A stretch of DNA of 64,000 nt, from NCBI RefSeq assembly GCF_009914755.1, contig NC_060927.1; one strand, written 5' to 3'. The stretch comes from the human T2T-CHM13v2.0 reference genome, Homo sapiens. The position numbers were made by a program, and so were the translations under genes. This document shows positions 1 to 10,612 of the stretch, one piece after another (within the stretch, counting starts at the first letter, position 1; every line of letters begins with the position of its first letter). The notes beneath the pieces are model-generated. The model was not told the DNA's origin and ran no database searches. It saw only the letters and a program-made list of their open reading frames with translations.

Positions 1-1024
1 GAAGTTAAAGTCTAATGAGGCGAAGCTCTGGGATATTATGGGCAGCATGCCTAAGAAGAAGTATTGTGTTTTTTTAGTGCTATCTTAAAGCAGTCACTCT
101 GAACGTGAGTCACGTTAAGTCCTTTGTTTAATTTACATAATTTGTCTGTTACTCTAGTTCAGAGTGAATAACATAAAATGTTAATAAACCCTTTAAAACT
201 TCAGAACTAGCAGTATATTCAAATAACACATTTTATAGCCAAAGGTATTTAGGAGACTAAATCACATGGATCATTATTTGTATTTAACTCTTTAACTGAC
301 CTGCTAACAAATGTGGAAATTTAAATTCCATTTAGATAGATACTCAGTTATATATGTAAATAATTTTAATGCTCACTGTTTGATTTTTTTTTTTCGTTGA
401 TGAAATTATTTCAGTGTTCTAACTTAAAGGGACTTTGGGACAGCTTACAATCATAAACTAAGTCATACTTATATTTTCCCCCTAAAAATTACACTGTTTA
501 GGCCTAAAGCTAAAATTATACTATTTAAGCTTTGTCTTTTAATTGGGCACATATTAGATTTTGTTTAAGAGCTTATACTCAGATCTCCTGAAGTGCTAAA
601 TAATGTATCAAATTGCCTACTGATTATCTGTGAGTAGATTATCTATTAAATAGAAACTCTACTAGTAATTTTGCCATAGAAGAGAGAGATTTTTCTTTCC
701 TCTTCAGCTTCCTGAGCTGAGGAAGGCAAAGGATTACAGAATTAAGCAAGCACTTTATTTTCCTTAAGGAAACATCCATCTAAACATAAATTGTTTTTAT
801 ATGATTTAGTATTTGAACAAGGTACCTGGAATTACCAATGTTTGATTGTATATTCAAAAGACAGCCAGAATTTTTTCTCTTTTTAGAAGCTCCTCCATCA
901 GAGACCATTTGATGCAAAATTTTTTCCAGATAAAATTTTTCTTGAATTTATCATATTAATTAACTTGCCTCTTTTATTGATTCATAAAAGATGACTAGGG
1001 TATCATGTTATTTGTATGCACTTT

Positions 1025-1045
1025 CACACACACACACACACACAC
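1025..1045 (+). repeat. (CA)n microsatellite
   Basis: About 10 CA units seen directly. Confidence 0.95.
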
Positions 1046-1630
1046 GGAGCTGCTATACAAAGAGGTGTTAGCTTTTAAAACCCTGAATTAGTTGAATAAT
1101 TGAAACTAAGATTCAAGGCTCCAGATTTACAGACTTCCTAAGAAATGTCATCCTACTCTTTCCTTATACGCTTTCAACTTAGCCATTCTGAAATGAGCAA
1201 TTCCAATTTAATTAGAAATTAGACTCTTTTTCTGGAAACTTGTGGAAAGTACTGATGAGACTACCTGAAAACTGTTCCATGACTGAGAGCAAAACTCGTG
1301 TCCCCATAAAATATGACTTTATTTTGACAATGCACCTCATGGAGGATCCAGAATCATTCTCAGTTGTAAATGCAGGATTCTGTCACTAAGGCCATCATGG
1401 CTGATAGAGCATTGCTATCTCTTTTCACACATGGCACTACCCTGAATGCTGGGGGAAATACAGGGTGACTTTTTATTTTCTTTCAGAAAACCTAAAGGCA
1501 AAGAAGGTTTCTTTCTGCACTTGTGTACTGAGGTTTCTTCAGCTGTGTCTGAACTCAGAAACTGCCACTTCATATTTTACCGTAAGTGAAACCTTCTGAG
1601 ACACATGTTGCTGCCTTTGGTGAAATTATT

Positions 1631-2477
1631 TTCTTTTTTTAAAAATTTTAATTTAATTTTTTTATTATACTTTAAGTTCTAGGGTACATGTGCACAATGT
1701 GCAGGTTTGTTACATACGTATACGTGTGCCATGTTGGTGTGCTGCACCCATTAACTCATCATTTACATTAGGTATATCTCCTAATGCTGTCCCTCCCCCA
1801 TCCCCCAACCCCACAACAGGCCCCGGTGTGTGATGTTCCCCATCCTGTGTCCAGGTGTTCTCATTGTTCAACTCCCACCTATGAGTGAGAACATGTGGTG
1901 TTTGGTTTTCTGTCCTTGCAATAGTTTGCTAAGAATGATGGTTTCCAGCTTCATCCATGTCCCTACAAAGGACATGAACTCATCCTTTTTTATGGCTGCA
2001 TAGTATTCCATGGTGTATATGTGCCACATTTTCTTAATCCAGTCTATCATTGATGGGCATTTTGGTTGGTTCCAAGTCTTTGCTATTGTGAATAGTGCTG
2101 CAATAAACATATGTGTGCATGTGTCCTTATAGCAGCATGATTTATATTCCTCTGGGTATATACCCAGTAATGGGATGGCTGGGTCAAATGGTATTTCTAG
2201 TTCTAGATCCCTGAAGAATTGCCACACCGTCTTTCACAATGATTGAACTAGTTTACAGTCCCACCAACAGTGTAAAAACGTTGCTATTTCTCCACATCCT
2301 CTCCAGCACCTGTTGTTTCCTGACTTTTTAATGATCACCATTCCAAGTGGTGTGAGATGGTATCTTATTGTGGTTTTGCTTTGCATTTCTCTGATGGCCA
2401 GTGATGATGAGCATTTTTTCATGTGTCTGTTGGCTGCATAAATGTCTTCTTTTGAAAAGTGTCTGTTCATATTCTTG
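1631..2477 (-). mobile_element. 5'-truncated LINE-1 (L1PA, about PA4-6): ORF2 C-terminus, 3'UTR and A-tail
   Basis: T-rich tail, then TTATACTTTAAGTTCTAGGGTACATGTGCAC (L1PA 3' end). ORFs 1868-2227 and 2234-2470 give the ORF2p C-terminus ([31 protein letters not shown]). Confidence 0.97.
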
Positions 2478-3384
2478 TGCTTTCTAGTGTCTGTTCCTAT
2501 CCTTGTGCTTTCTAATATAAAGAAGGAAACACAGCTTGTGCTTAATATCTGGAAACCCCCAACTGCCTCACATGATTACATTACCACCTTATTTGATGAC
2601 TGAACAGTGAGTAACTTCTTTGCTGATTCAGTTTAATATATGACTTCAGCTTAATCTGCTTCCAGTACACACCACTACCCTGTCTCCCAACAAATGCTTA
2701 CACACTTATTTCTCTTGAATTTCATTAATATCTGTCACTCTTTACTTAAAAAAATATACTACAGAATACTCAGTGGGAACCTATGTGGTAGAATTAGGAA
2801 AAAGGATCTGCCAGAGAATTAGCAAAGAAATCCACTGATGAAGTGAAGCTTGTCCTCAAGTTTCTTTTTCAGTGTCTACAGTTTCCAATATGGGATTCAA
2901 CATCAGGAAGACTCGTGTATTTATTACATGGGAAGCTAACTGTGGATGGTTTTCTGCCTTCCATAAGAAGACTCAGAAACTGAAAAGGCACAAATCTATG
3001 ATGCAATTAATAAGCACTTTTCCATTTAAGAGATTGTAAAAGGATAGATCTTATACTTTTGATATTTCCAGAAAGCAAACTCATCTGATTAAAACTTCAC
3101 TAATGTTTCATCTGACAAGAAGACAAATTTTCCTTCCACACTAAGTCTTAGTAGAGAAAGTAATTTTTACTTCCTTTCTTTCCCAAGCCAACAAATATTA
3201 ATCTGTAGCTGAGAAACTAGCAATGACCATTTTCTACAGACATATACAGGAGCAATACATTTTCTTCTAGATGTTTGCATAGACATTGTTCCAATCGAAG
3301 GGTGAGACCCTCAGAGACACAAAGAAATTCTGTAAATAACAATTACAAAAGAATGTATTAAATACTATTTGCCAGGCCTTTTGT

Positions 3385-3900
3385 GTCAGCTAGGATTCTT
3401 GCAATTGCAAGTAAAAGAAATGAAACAAGGGATTTGCCTGCTCACATAACTGAGAATCCATGAATAGGACAGACATCGGGGACCACTGTCCACACACTGG
3501 ACCAAGGTCTCAAATAATGTAACAAGACCTCAGGTCAGTCTCAAGCTTTACTGGGGACAGGCGAGCAGGGAGGCCAGGACAGCCCGTGGCATTTTGAACT
3601 TCGAAGCTTTGATTTGAACCTAGCGACAGACGCCATTTTCCTACAATTAAAGAACAAGCCAGGGGTTAGCTCTGATGGGCCCTTTGACTTTGATCATTTT
3701 GCCAATTCCTGAAGCGAATTGAGCATATAATATAATGAGATGATTAGCTTTTACTTAGTTTTCATGTTTAGCTGTAGAAGAAGAGCTTAGGACCTGCCTG
3801 AAACTTATGGACCAGGAATGAGAGATGGATGACTCTTCAGAGTAAAATCTCAGGTTTATTAACAGAAATAGATTTAATAGATTTTTAGATAGCCCCAAAT
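3385..3900. mobile_element. Old ERVL-type LTR fragment (LTR33-like)
   Basis: TTGCAAGTAAAAGAAA..GCTCACATAACTGAGAATCCA resembles the LTR33-class end; heavily diverged. Confidence 0.4.
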
Positions 3901-3939
3901 CAATAGGTATCTATTTTAGAACTTCACATATATTTTACA

Positions 3940-4110
3940 AATATTAATTTATTAAGTCCTTACAGAAGTCCCTACAAAAGAGTTTGCATTCTTATCCCTA
4001 CACAACAGATAAGGTAGCAGCAGTAAAGATATTTAAGTCACATATTAGGTTTGTGACAGAGCTGGACATTAAACCCAGGGCTGTCTGACTGTAGATCACT
4101 GACCTTAACC
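3940..4110 (-). mobile_element. MIR SINE fragment
   Basis: ACAGATAAGG..TGTGACAGAGCTGGACATTAAACCCAGGGCTGTCTGACT, MIR core. Confidence 0.7.
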
Positions 4111-4324
4111 TCCTCTATATGCATCACTGAAGGAATAGCACACACCTGAGTATCATATGGTAAAAGCAGGAAAGCTGTGGCATCTTCAGAAAACTTTTGG
4201 CAGGTATACAAATCACACTTCTGAAGAGCAGAGTGTTAAGATCCAGAGACATCAAGGCTAGATTTGGGACATATGTTTTAGTGCAATTGAAATATTTTTA
4301 ATTATCTTATCAATTTTGTGCTTT

Positions 4325-4632
4325 TTATAATGGGCAGAAATCCATTTCTCACAGTTCTGAAGGCTGGGAAGACAAAGATTGAGGGGCCAGCATCTGACAA
4401 GGGCCTTCTTGCTGTATCATCTCATGGTGGAAGGTGGGAAGGCTAGAGAGCTAGAGAATGAAAGGAGGTCAAAATCCACCTTTTATAATAAACCCACTTT
4501 CATGACAGTAGCATTATTCTTTCACTGTGCTCTCACGTCCTAATCACCTCTCATGAGACCTCACCTCTGAAAACGTATTGGGGATTAAGTTACCAACACA
4601 TGCTTTTTGGCAGAAACATTCAAACCATAGCA
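4325..4632 (-). mobile_element. MaLR LTR (MSTC/MSTD-like), partial
   Basis: TTTCTCACAGTTCTGAAGGCTGGGAAG..TAATCACCTCTC..CATTCAAACCATAGCA terminus. Confidence 0.85.
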
Positions 4633-5383
4633 AATATTATTTTAATCAGGAAATTAGTGTCTGACATTAATGTCATTAGCCTGAATCCTTATGACAGGTT
4701 TGCAAAGTTCATAGATTCATTTCCCACCTACCAGACTAGGACTGGGCAAGTATTTGCACACTCCTCTCCAACATTTGAAATTTCAATAATACTGTGGTGT
4801 TCTAATCCAAATGTGAAGAATGTTTGCCACACAGGCTCTGAAAAACATTTTGATATTTTGGAGGATCAGTTAGAATATTTTAAAATATCTAAATGAAGAC
4901 CAGGTAGGGCACTAAAACAGAAAATTCTTAAAGGATGTTACTTGAGAACTGAAACCACTGACATACTGAGCCTAGACACAGAAAACCAAAACCACACCTT
5001 GCTATCCACATTGACACCTTTTGCTTTTCCTTTGTCTTCATTAGCACATTAGCATGCTTTATTCTTTGACAACTCTCCTGCCTAAGCAAATGGTTCAATT
5101 CAGGAACTTCTCCAAAGACCTATTCGTTCTTTAATGGAAAGTATCAACAGTTTTCACCCTAAGAGTCTTTGAATACTTCATCTCAAAATACTCACTTTGC
5201 TGTTTCCACTAATGTTAGACTGTTGTGTCATGATTCATACCTACTCCTAATTTAAGTCTCTACATTGAAGGAATCACCATAAATGGAAGTTCCAATTTCC
5301 AATAAATCCTTACATAACCTTCCCCCACTAGAGACACAGCTAAAGCATTACATTGTAATTTTGTTCTTCAGTAAATTGTGGGC

Positions 5384-8300
5384 TTTTGTCAGGTGTGTAA
5401 AGATTAGATGGTTGTAGATGTGTGGCATTATTTCTGAGGCCTTTTTTCTGTTCCGTTGGTCTATGTATCTGTTTTGGTACCAGTACCATGCTGTTTTGGT
5501 TACTGTAGCCTTGTAATATAGTTTGAAGTCAGGTAGTGTGATGCCTCCAGCTTTGTTCTTTTTGCTTGGGATTGCCTTGGCTATGGGGGCTCTTTTTTGG
5601 TTCCATAGGAACTTTAAAGTAGCTTTTTCTAATTCTGTGAAGAAAGTCAGTGGTAGCTTGATGGGGAGAGCATTGAATCTATAAATTACTTTGGGCAGTC
5701 TGGCCATTTTCATGATGTTGATTCTTCCTAACCATGAGCATGGAATGTTTTTCCATTTGTTTGTGTCCTCTTTTATTTCCTTAAGCAGTTGCATGTAGTT
5801 CTCATTGAACAGGTCCTTCACATCCCTTGGAAGTTGTATTCCTAGGTATTTTATTCTCTTTGTAGCAATGGTGAATGGGAGTTCACTCATGATTTGGCTC
5901 TGTTTATCTGTTATTAGTGTATAGGAATGTTTGTGATTTGACTTCCTCTTTTCCTAATTGAATACCCTTTATTTCTTTCTCTTGCCTGATTGTCCGGGCC
6001 AGAACTTCCAATACTATGTTGAATAGGAGGGGTGAGAGAGGGTATCCTTGTCTTGTGCCGGTTTTAAAAGGGAAAACCAGTTCTTGCCCATTCAGTATGA
6101 TATTGGCGGTGGGTTTGTCATAAATAGCTCTTATTATTTTGAGATATGTTCCATCAATGCCTAGTTTATCAAGAGTTTTTAGCATGAGGAGCTGTTGAAT
6201 TTTGTCAAAGGCCTTTTCTCCTATTGAGATAATTGTGTGGTTTTTGTCATTGGTTCTGTTTGTGTGATGGATTATGTATATTGATTTACATATGTTGGAC
6301 CAGCCTTGCATCCCAGGGTTTAAGCTGACTTGATTGTGGTGGATAAGTTTTTGGATGTGCTGCTGGATTCAGTTTGCCAGTATTTTACTGAGGATTTTCA
6401 CATCGATGTGCATCAGGGATATTGGCTTGAAATTTTCTTTTTTTGTTGTGTCTCCGCCAGGTTTTGGTATGAGGATGATGCTGGCCTCATAAAACGAGTT
6501 AGGGAGGATTCCCTGATTTTCTATAGTTTGGAATAGTTTCAGAAGGAATGGTACCAGCTCCTCTTTGTACATCTGGTAGAATTCGGCTGTGAATTCACCT
6601 GGTCCTGGACATTTTTTGATTGATAGGCAATTGTTGCCTCCATTTCAGAACTTGTTATAGGTCTATTCAGGGATTCGACTTCTTCCTGGTTGAGTCTTGG
6701 GAGGTCGTATGTGTCCAGGAATGTATCCATTTCTTCTAGATTTTCTACTTTATTTGCCTAGAGGTGTTTATAGTATTCTGTGATGGTAGCTGGTATTTCT
6801 GTGGGATCAGTTGTGATACCCCCTTTATCATTTTTTATTGCTTCTATTTGATTCTTCTCTCTTTTCTTTTTTATTAGTATGGCTAGCAGTCTATGTTGTT
6901 GATGCTTTAAAAAAAACAGCTCCTGGATTCGTTGAATTTTTCGAAGGGTTTTTCAGGTTTCTATATCCTTCAGTTCTGCTCTGATCTTAGTTATTTTTTG
7001 TCTTCTGCTAGCTTTTGAATTTTTTCCTCTTGTTTCTCTAGTTCTTTTAATTGTGATGTTAGGGTGTCAATTTTAGATCTTTCATGCTTTCTTTTGTGGG
7101 CATTTAGTGCTATAAATTTCCTTCTATACACTGTGTTAAATGTGTCCCAGAGATTCTGGTATGTTGTGTATTTGTTCTCATTGGTTTCAAAGAACATCTT
7201 TATTTCTGCCTTAAAGTTTGTTATTTACCCAGTAATCGTTTAGGAGCAGCTTGTTCACTTTCCATGTAGTTGTGCCATTTTTACTGAGTTTCTTATTCCT
7301 GAGTTCTAATTTGATTGCCCTGTGGTTTGAGAGACTGTTTGTTATGATTTCCATTCTTTTGTATTTGCTAAAGAGTGTTTTACTTCTATACTTCCAATTA
7401 TGTGGTCAGTTTTGGAATAAGTGTGATGTGTTGCTGAGAAGAATGTATATTCTATTGATTTGAGGTGGAGAGTTCTGTAGATATCTATTAGGTCCATATG
7501 ATCCAGAGGTGAGTTTAAGTCCTGGATATCCTTGTTAATTTTCTGTCTCATTTATCTGTCTAATATTGACAATGGGGTGTTAAAGTCTCCCACTCTTATT
7601 GTGTGGGAGTCTAAGTCTCTTTGTAGGTCTCTAAGAACTTGCTTTATGAATCTGGGTGCTTCTGTATTGGGTGGATATATATTTAGGATAGTTAGCTCTT
7701 CCTGTTGCATTAATCCCTTACCATTATCTAATGCCATTCTTTGTTTCTTTTGATCTTTGTTGATTTAAAGTCTGTTTTATCAGAGACTAGAGTTGCAACC
7801 TCTGCTGTTATTACTTTCCATTGCACCACTTCACACTTATTCTAAAACTGACCACATAATTGTAAGTAAAACACTCTTTAGCAAATGCAAAAGAATGGAA
7901 ATTATAGCAAACAGTCTCTCTTACTTTCCATTTTGCCTATGTGTGTCTTTGTACATGAGATAGGTCTCCTGAATACAGCACACCAATGGGTCTTGACTCT
8001 ATCTAATTTTCCTGTCTGTGTCTTCTATTTGGGGCATTTATCTCATTTACACTTAAGATTAGTATTGTTATGTGTGAATTTGATCCTGCCGTTATGATGC
8101 TAGCTGATTATTTTGCCCATTAGTTGATGCAGTTTCTGCATAGTCACAATGGTCTTTACATATTGGTATGTTTTTCAGTGGCTAGTACTGGTTGCTCATT
8201 TCCATGTTTAGCACTTCCTTCAGGAGCTCTTTGTAAGGCAGGCCCAGTGGTAAAAAAAAAATCTCTCAGAATTTGCTTGTCTGTAAAATATTTTATTTCT

Positions 8301-10248
8301 CCTTTGCTTATAAAATTTAGTTTGGCTGGATATGAAATTCTGGGTTGAAAATTTTCTTCTTTAAGAATGTTGAATATTGGCCCTCACTCTCTTCTGGCTT
8401 GCAGGGTTTCTCCCTACAGATCCACTGTTAGTCTGATGGGCTTCCCTTTGTGGGTAACCCGACTTTTCTCTCTGACTGCCCTTCACATTTTTTTTTCTTC
8501 ATTTAAACCTTGGTTAATCTGATGATTATGTGTCTTTGGGTTGCTCTTCTCGAGGAGTATATTTGTGGTATTCTCTGTATTGCCTGAATTTGAATGTTGG
8601 CCTGCCTTGCTAGGTTGGGGAATTTCTCCTGGATAATATTCTGAAGAGTGTTTTCCGACTTGGTTCCATTCTTCCCATCACTTTCAGGTACACCAAACAA
8701 ATGTAGATTTGGTCATTTCACATAGTCCTATATTTCTTGGAGGCTTTGTTCATTTCTTTTCACTCTTTTTTCTCTAATCTCATCTTCTCACTTTATTTCA
8801 TTGAGTTGATCCTCAATCTGTGATATCCTTTCTTCCACTTGATCGATTTGGCTATTGATACTTGTGTATGGTTCACGAAGTTCTTGTGCCATGTTTTTCA
8901 GCTCCATCAGGTCATTTATGTTCTTCTTTAAACTGGTTATTCTAGTTAGCAATTCATCTAACCTTTTTTGAGGGTTCTTAGCTTCCTTGCATTGGGTTAG
9001 AACATGCCCTTTTAGCTCAGAGGAGTTTGTTATTATGCACTTTCTGAAGCCTACTTCTGTCAGTTCATCAAACTTATTCTCCATCCAGTTTTGTTCCCTT
9101 TCTGGTGAGGAGTTGCGATCCTTTGGAGGAGAAGAGGCCTTCTGGCTTTTGGAAATTTCATCCTTTTAGTGCTGGTTTCTCCCCATCTTCATGGATTTGT
9201 CTACCTTTGATCTTTGAAGTCAGTGACCTTTGGAGGGGATCTCTAAGTGGACGTCCTTTTTGTTGATGTTGATACTTTTCCTTTCTGTTTGTTATTTTTC
9301 CTTCTAACAGTCAGGCCCCTCTGCTGCAGGTCTTCTGGAGTTTACTGGAGGTCCACTCCAGACCCTGTTTGCCTGGGAATCGCCAGTGGAGGCTGTAGAA
9401 CAGCAACAATTGCTACCTGTTGCTTCCTCTGGAAGCTTTGTCCCAGAGGGGCACCCACCAGATGCCAGCCAGTGCTCTCTTGTATGAGGTGTCTGTTGGT
9501 CCCTACTGGGAGGTGTCTCCCAATCAGGAGGCATTGGGGTCAGGGACCACTTAAGGAGGCAGTCTGTCCCTTATTAGAACTTGAACGCTGTGCTGGGAGA
9601 TGGGCTGCTCTCTTCAGAGCTGCCAGGCAGGGATGTTTAATTCTGCTGAAGCTGCACTCATAACCGCCCCTTCCCCCGTGTGTTCTGTTCCAGGGAACTG
9701 GGGGTTTTATCTATAAGTCCCTGACTGGGGCTGCTGCCTTTCCTTCAGAGATACCTTGCCTAGAGAGGAGGGACTCTAGATAGCCAGTCTGGCCACAGCT
9801 GCCTTGCTGAGCTGCAGTGGGCTACGCCAAGTTCGAACATGAAAAGAAAACTCCTGTGGCTAGCTCAGTGTCTGCCCAAATGGCCGCCCAGTTTTGTGCT
9901 GGATCTCCAGGGCCCTGGTGGCATAAGCACCAGAGGGAATCTCCTGGTCTGCAGCTTGCGGAGACCATGGGAAAAGCGCCATATCTGGGCTGGAGTGCAA
10001 GGTACAGTCCCTAATGGCTTCCTTTGGCTAGGAGAGGGAATTCCCCAACACCTTGTGCTTCCTGGGTGAGGTGATGCCACACCCTGCTTTGGCTCACCCT
10101 CCTTGGACAGCACCCACTGTACAACCAATCCCAATGAGACGAACTGGGTACCTCAGTTGGAAATGCAGAAATCACTCACCTTCTGCGTCGATCTCGCAGG
10201 GAGTTGCAGACCTGAGCTGTTCTTATTCGGTCATCTTGCCAGCAATCC
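5384..10248 (-). mobile_element. LINE-1 L1PA7/8-like copy A: 5'UTR, ORF1 and most of ORF2; 3' end missing; inactive
   Basis: Many ORF1p/ORF2p fragments in the ORF track (8788-9084, 7552-7737, 5904-6311, 5348-5890). 5' end GAGCTGTTCTTATTCGGTCATCTTGCC. Stops and frameshifts throughout. Confidence 0.97.
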
Positions 10249-10372
10249 TTGGAATCAATATCCAGAACTAACTTCTAATGATTAAAATATTGTCTACAAT
10301 GTTAATTATCCAGATTAATTAGCCATCTATATAATTGTTTTTAGGAATTAATCATAATAAAGAAATACAGGA

Positions 10373-10612
10373 TCTATTAGTCCGTTCTCTCACTGCTATG
10401 CAGAAATACCCAAGACTGGGTAATTTATAAAGAAAAGAGGCTTAATTGACTCACAGTTCTGCAATGCTAGGGAGGCCTCAGGAAACTCTCAATTATTGTG
10501 GAAGGCAAAGGACAAACAGGCACCTTCTTCACAGAGCGGCAGGACAGAGTGAGTGCAAGCAGGGGAAATGCCAGATGCTGATAAAACCATCAGACGGCGT
10601 GAGAATCACTCA
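10373..10612 (-). mobile_element. THE1D 3' LTR, truncated by deletion
   Basis: TATTAGTCCGTTCTC..GAAATACCCAAGACTGGGTAATTTATAAAG..CAGGCACCTTCTTCACAG matches THE1D; runs directly into L1. Confidence 0.92.

Noticed and set aside
4895-5383. Possible old ERV1 LTR left of copy A
   Set aside because: Composition is suggestive, but I could not identify a family, termini or TSD.
1631-5384. The L1 3' fragment at 1631-2477 as the displaced missing end of copy A
   Set aside because: The intervening 2.9 kb contains older MIR and MST elements, several hundred bp of L1 would still be unaccounted for, and the fragment looks like a younger subfamily.
9247-10285. Overlapping GC-rich ORFs on both strands
   Set aside because: These are chance ORFs in the L1 5'UTR; the same applies to 15404-16626.
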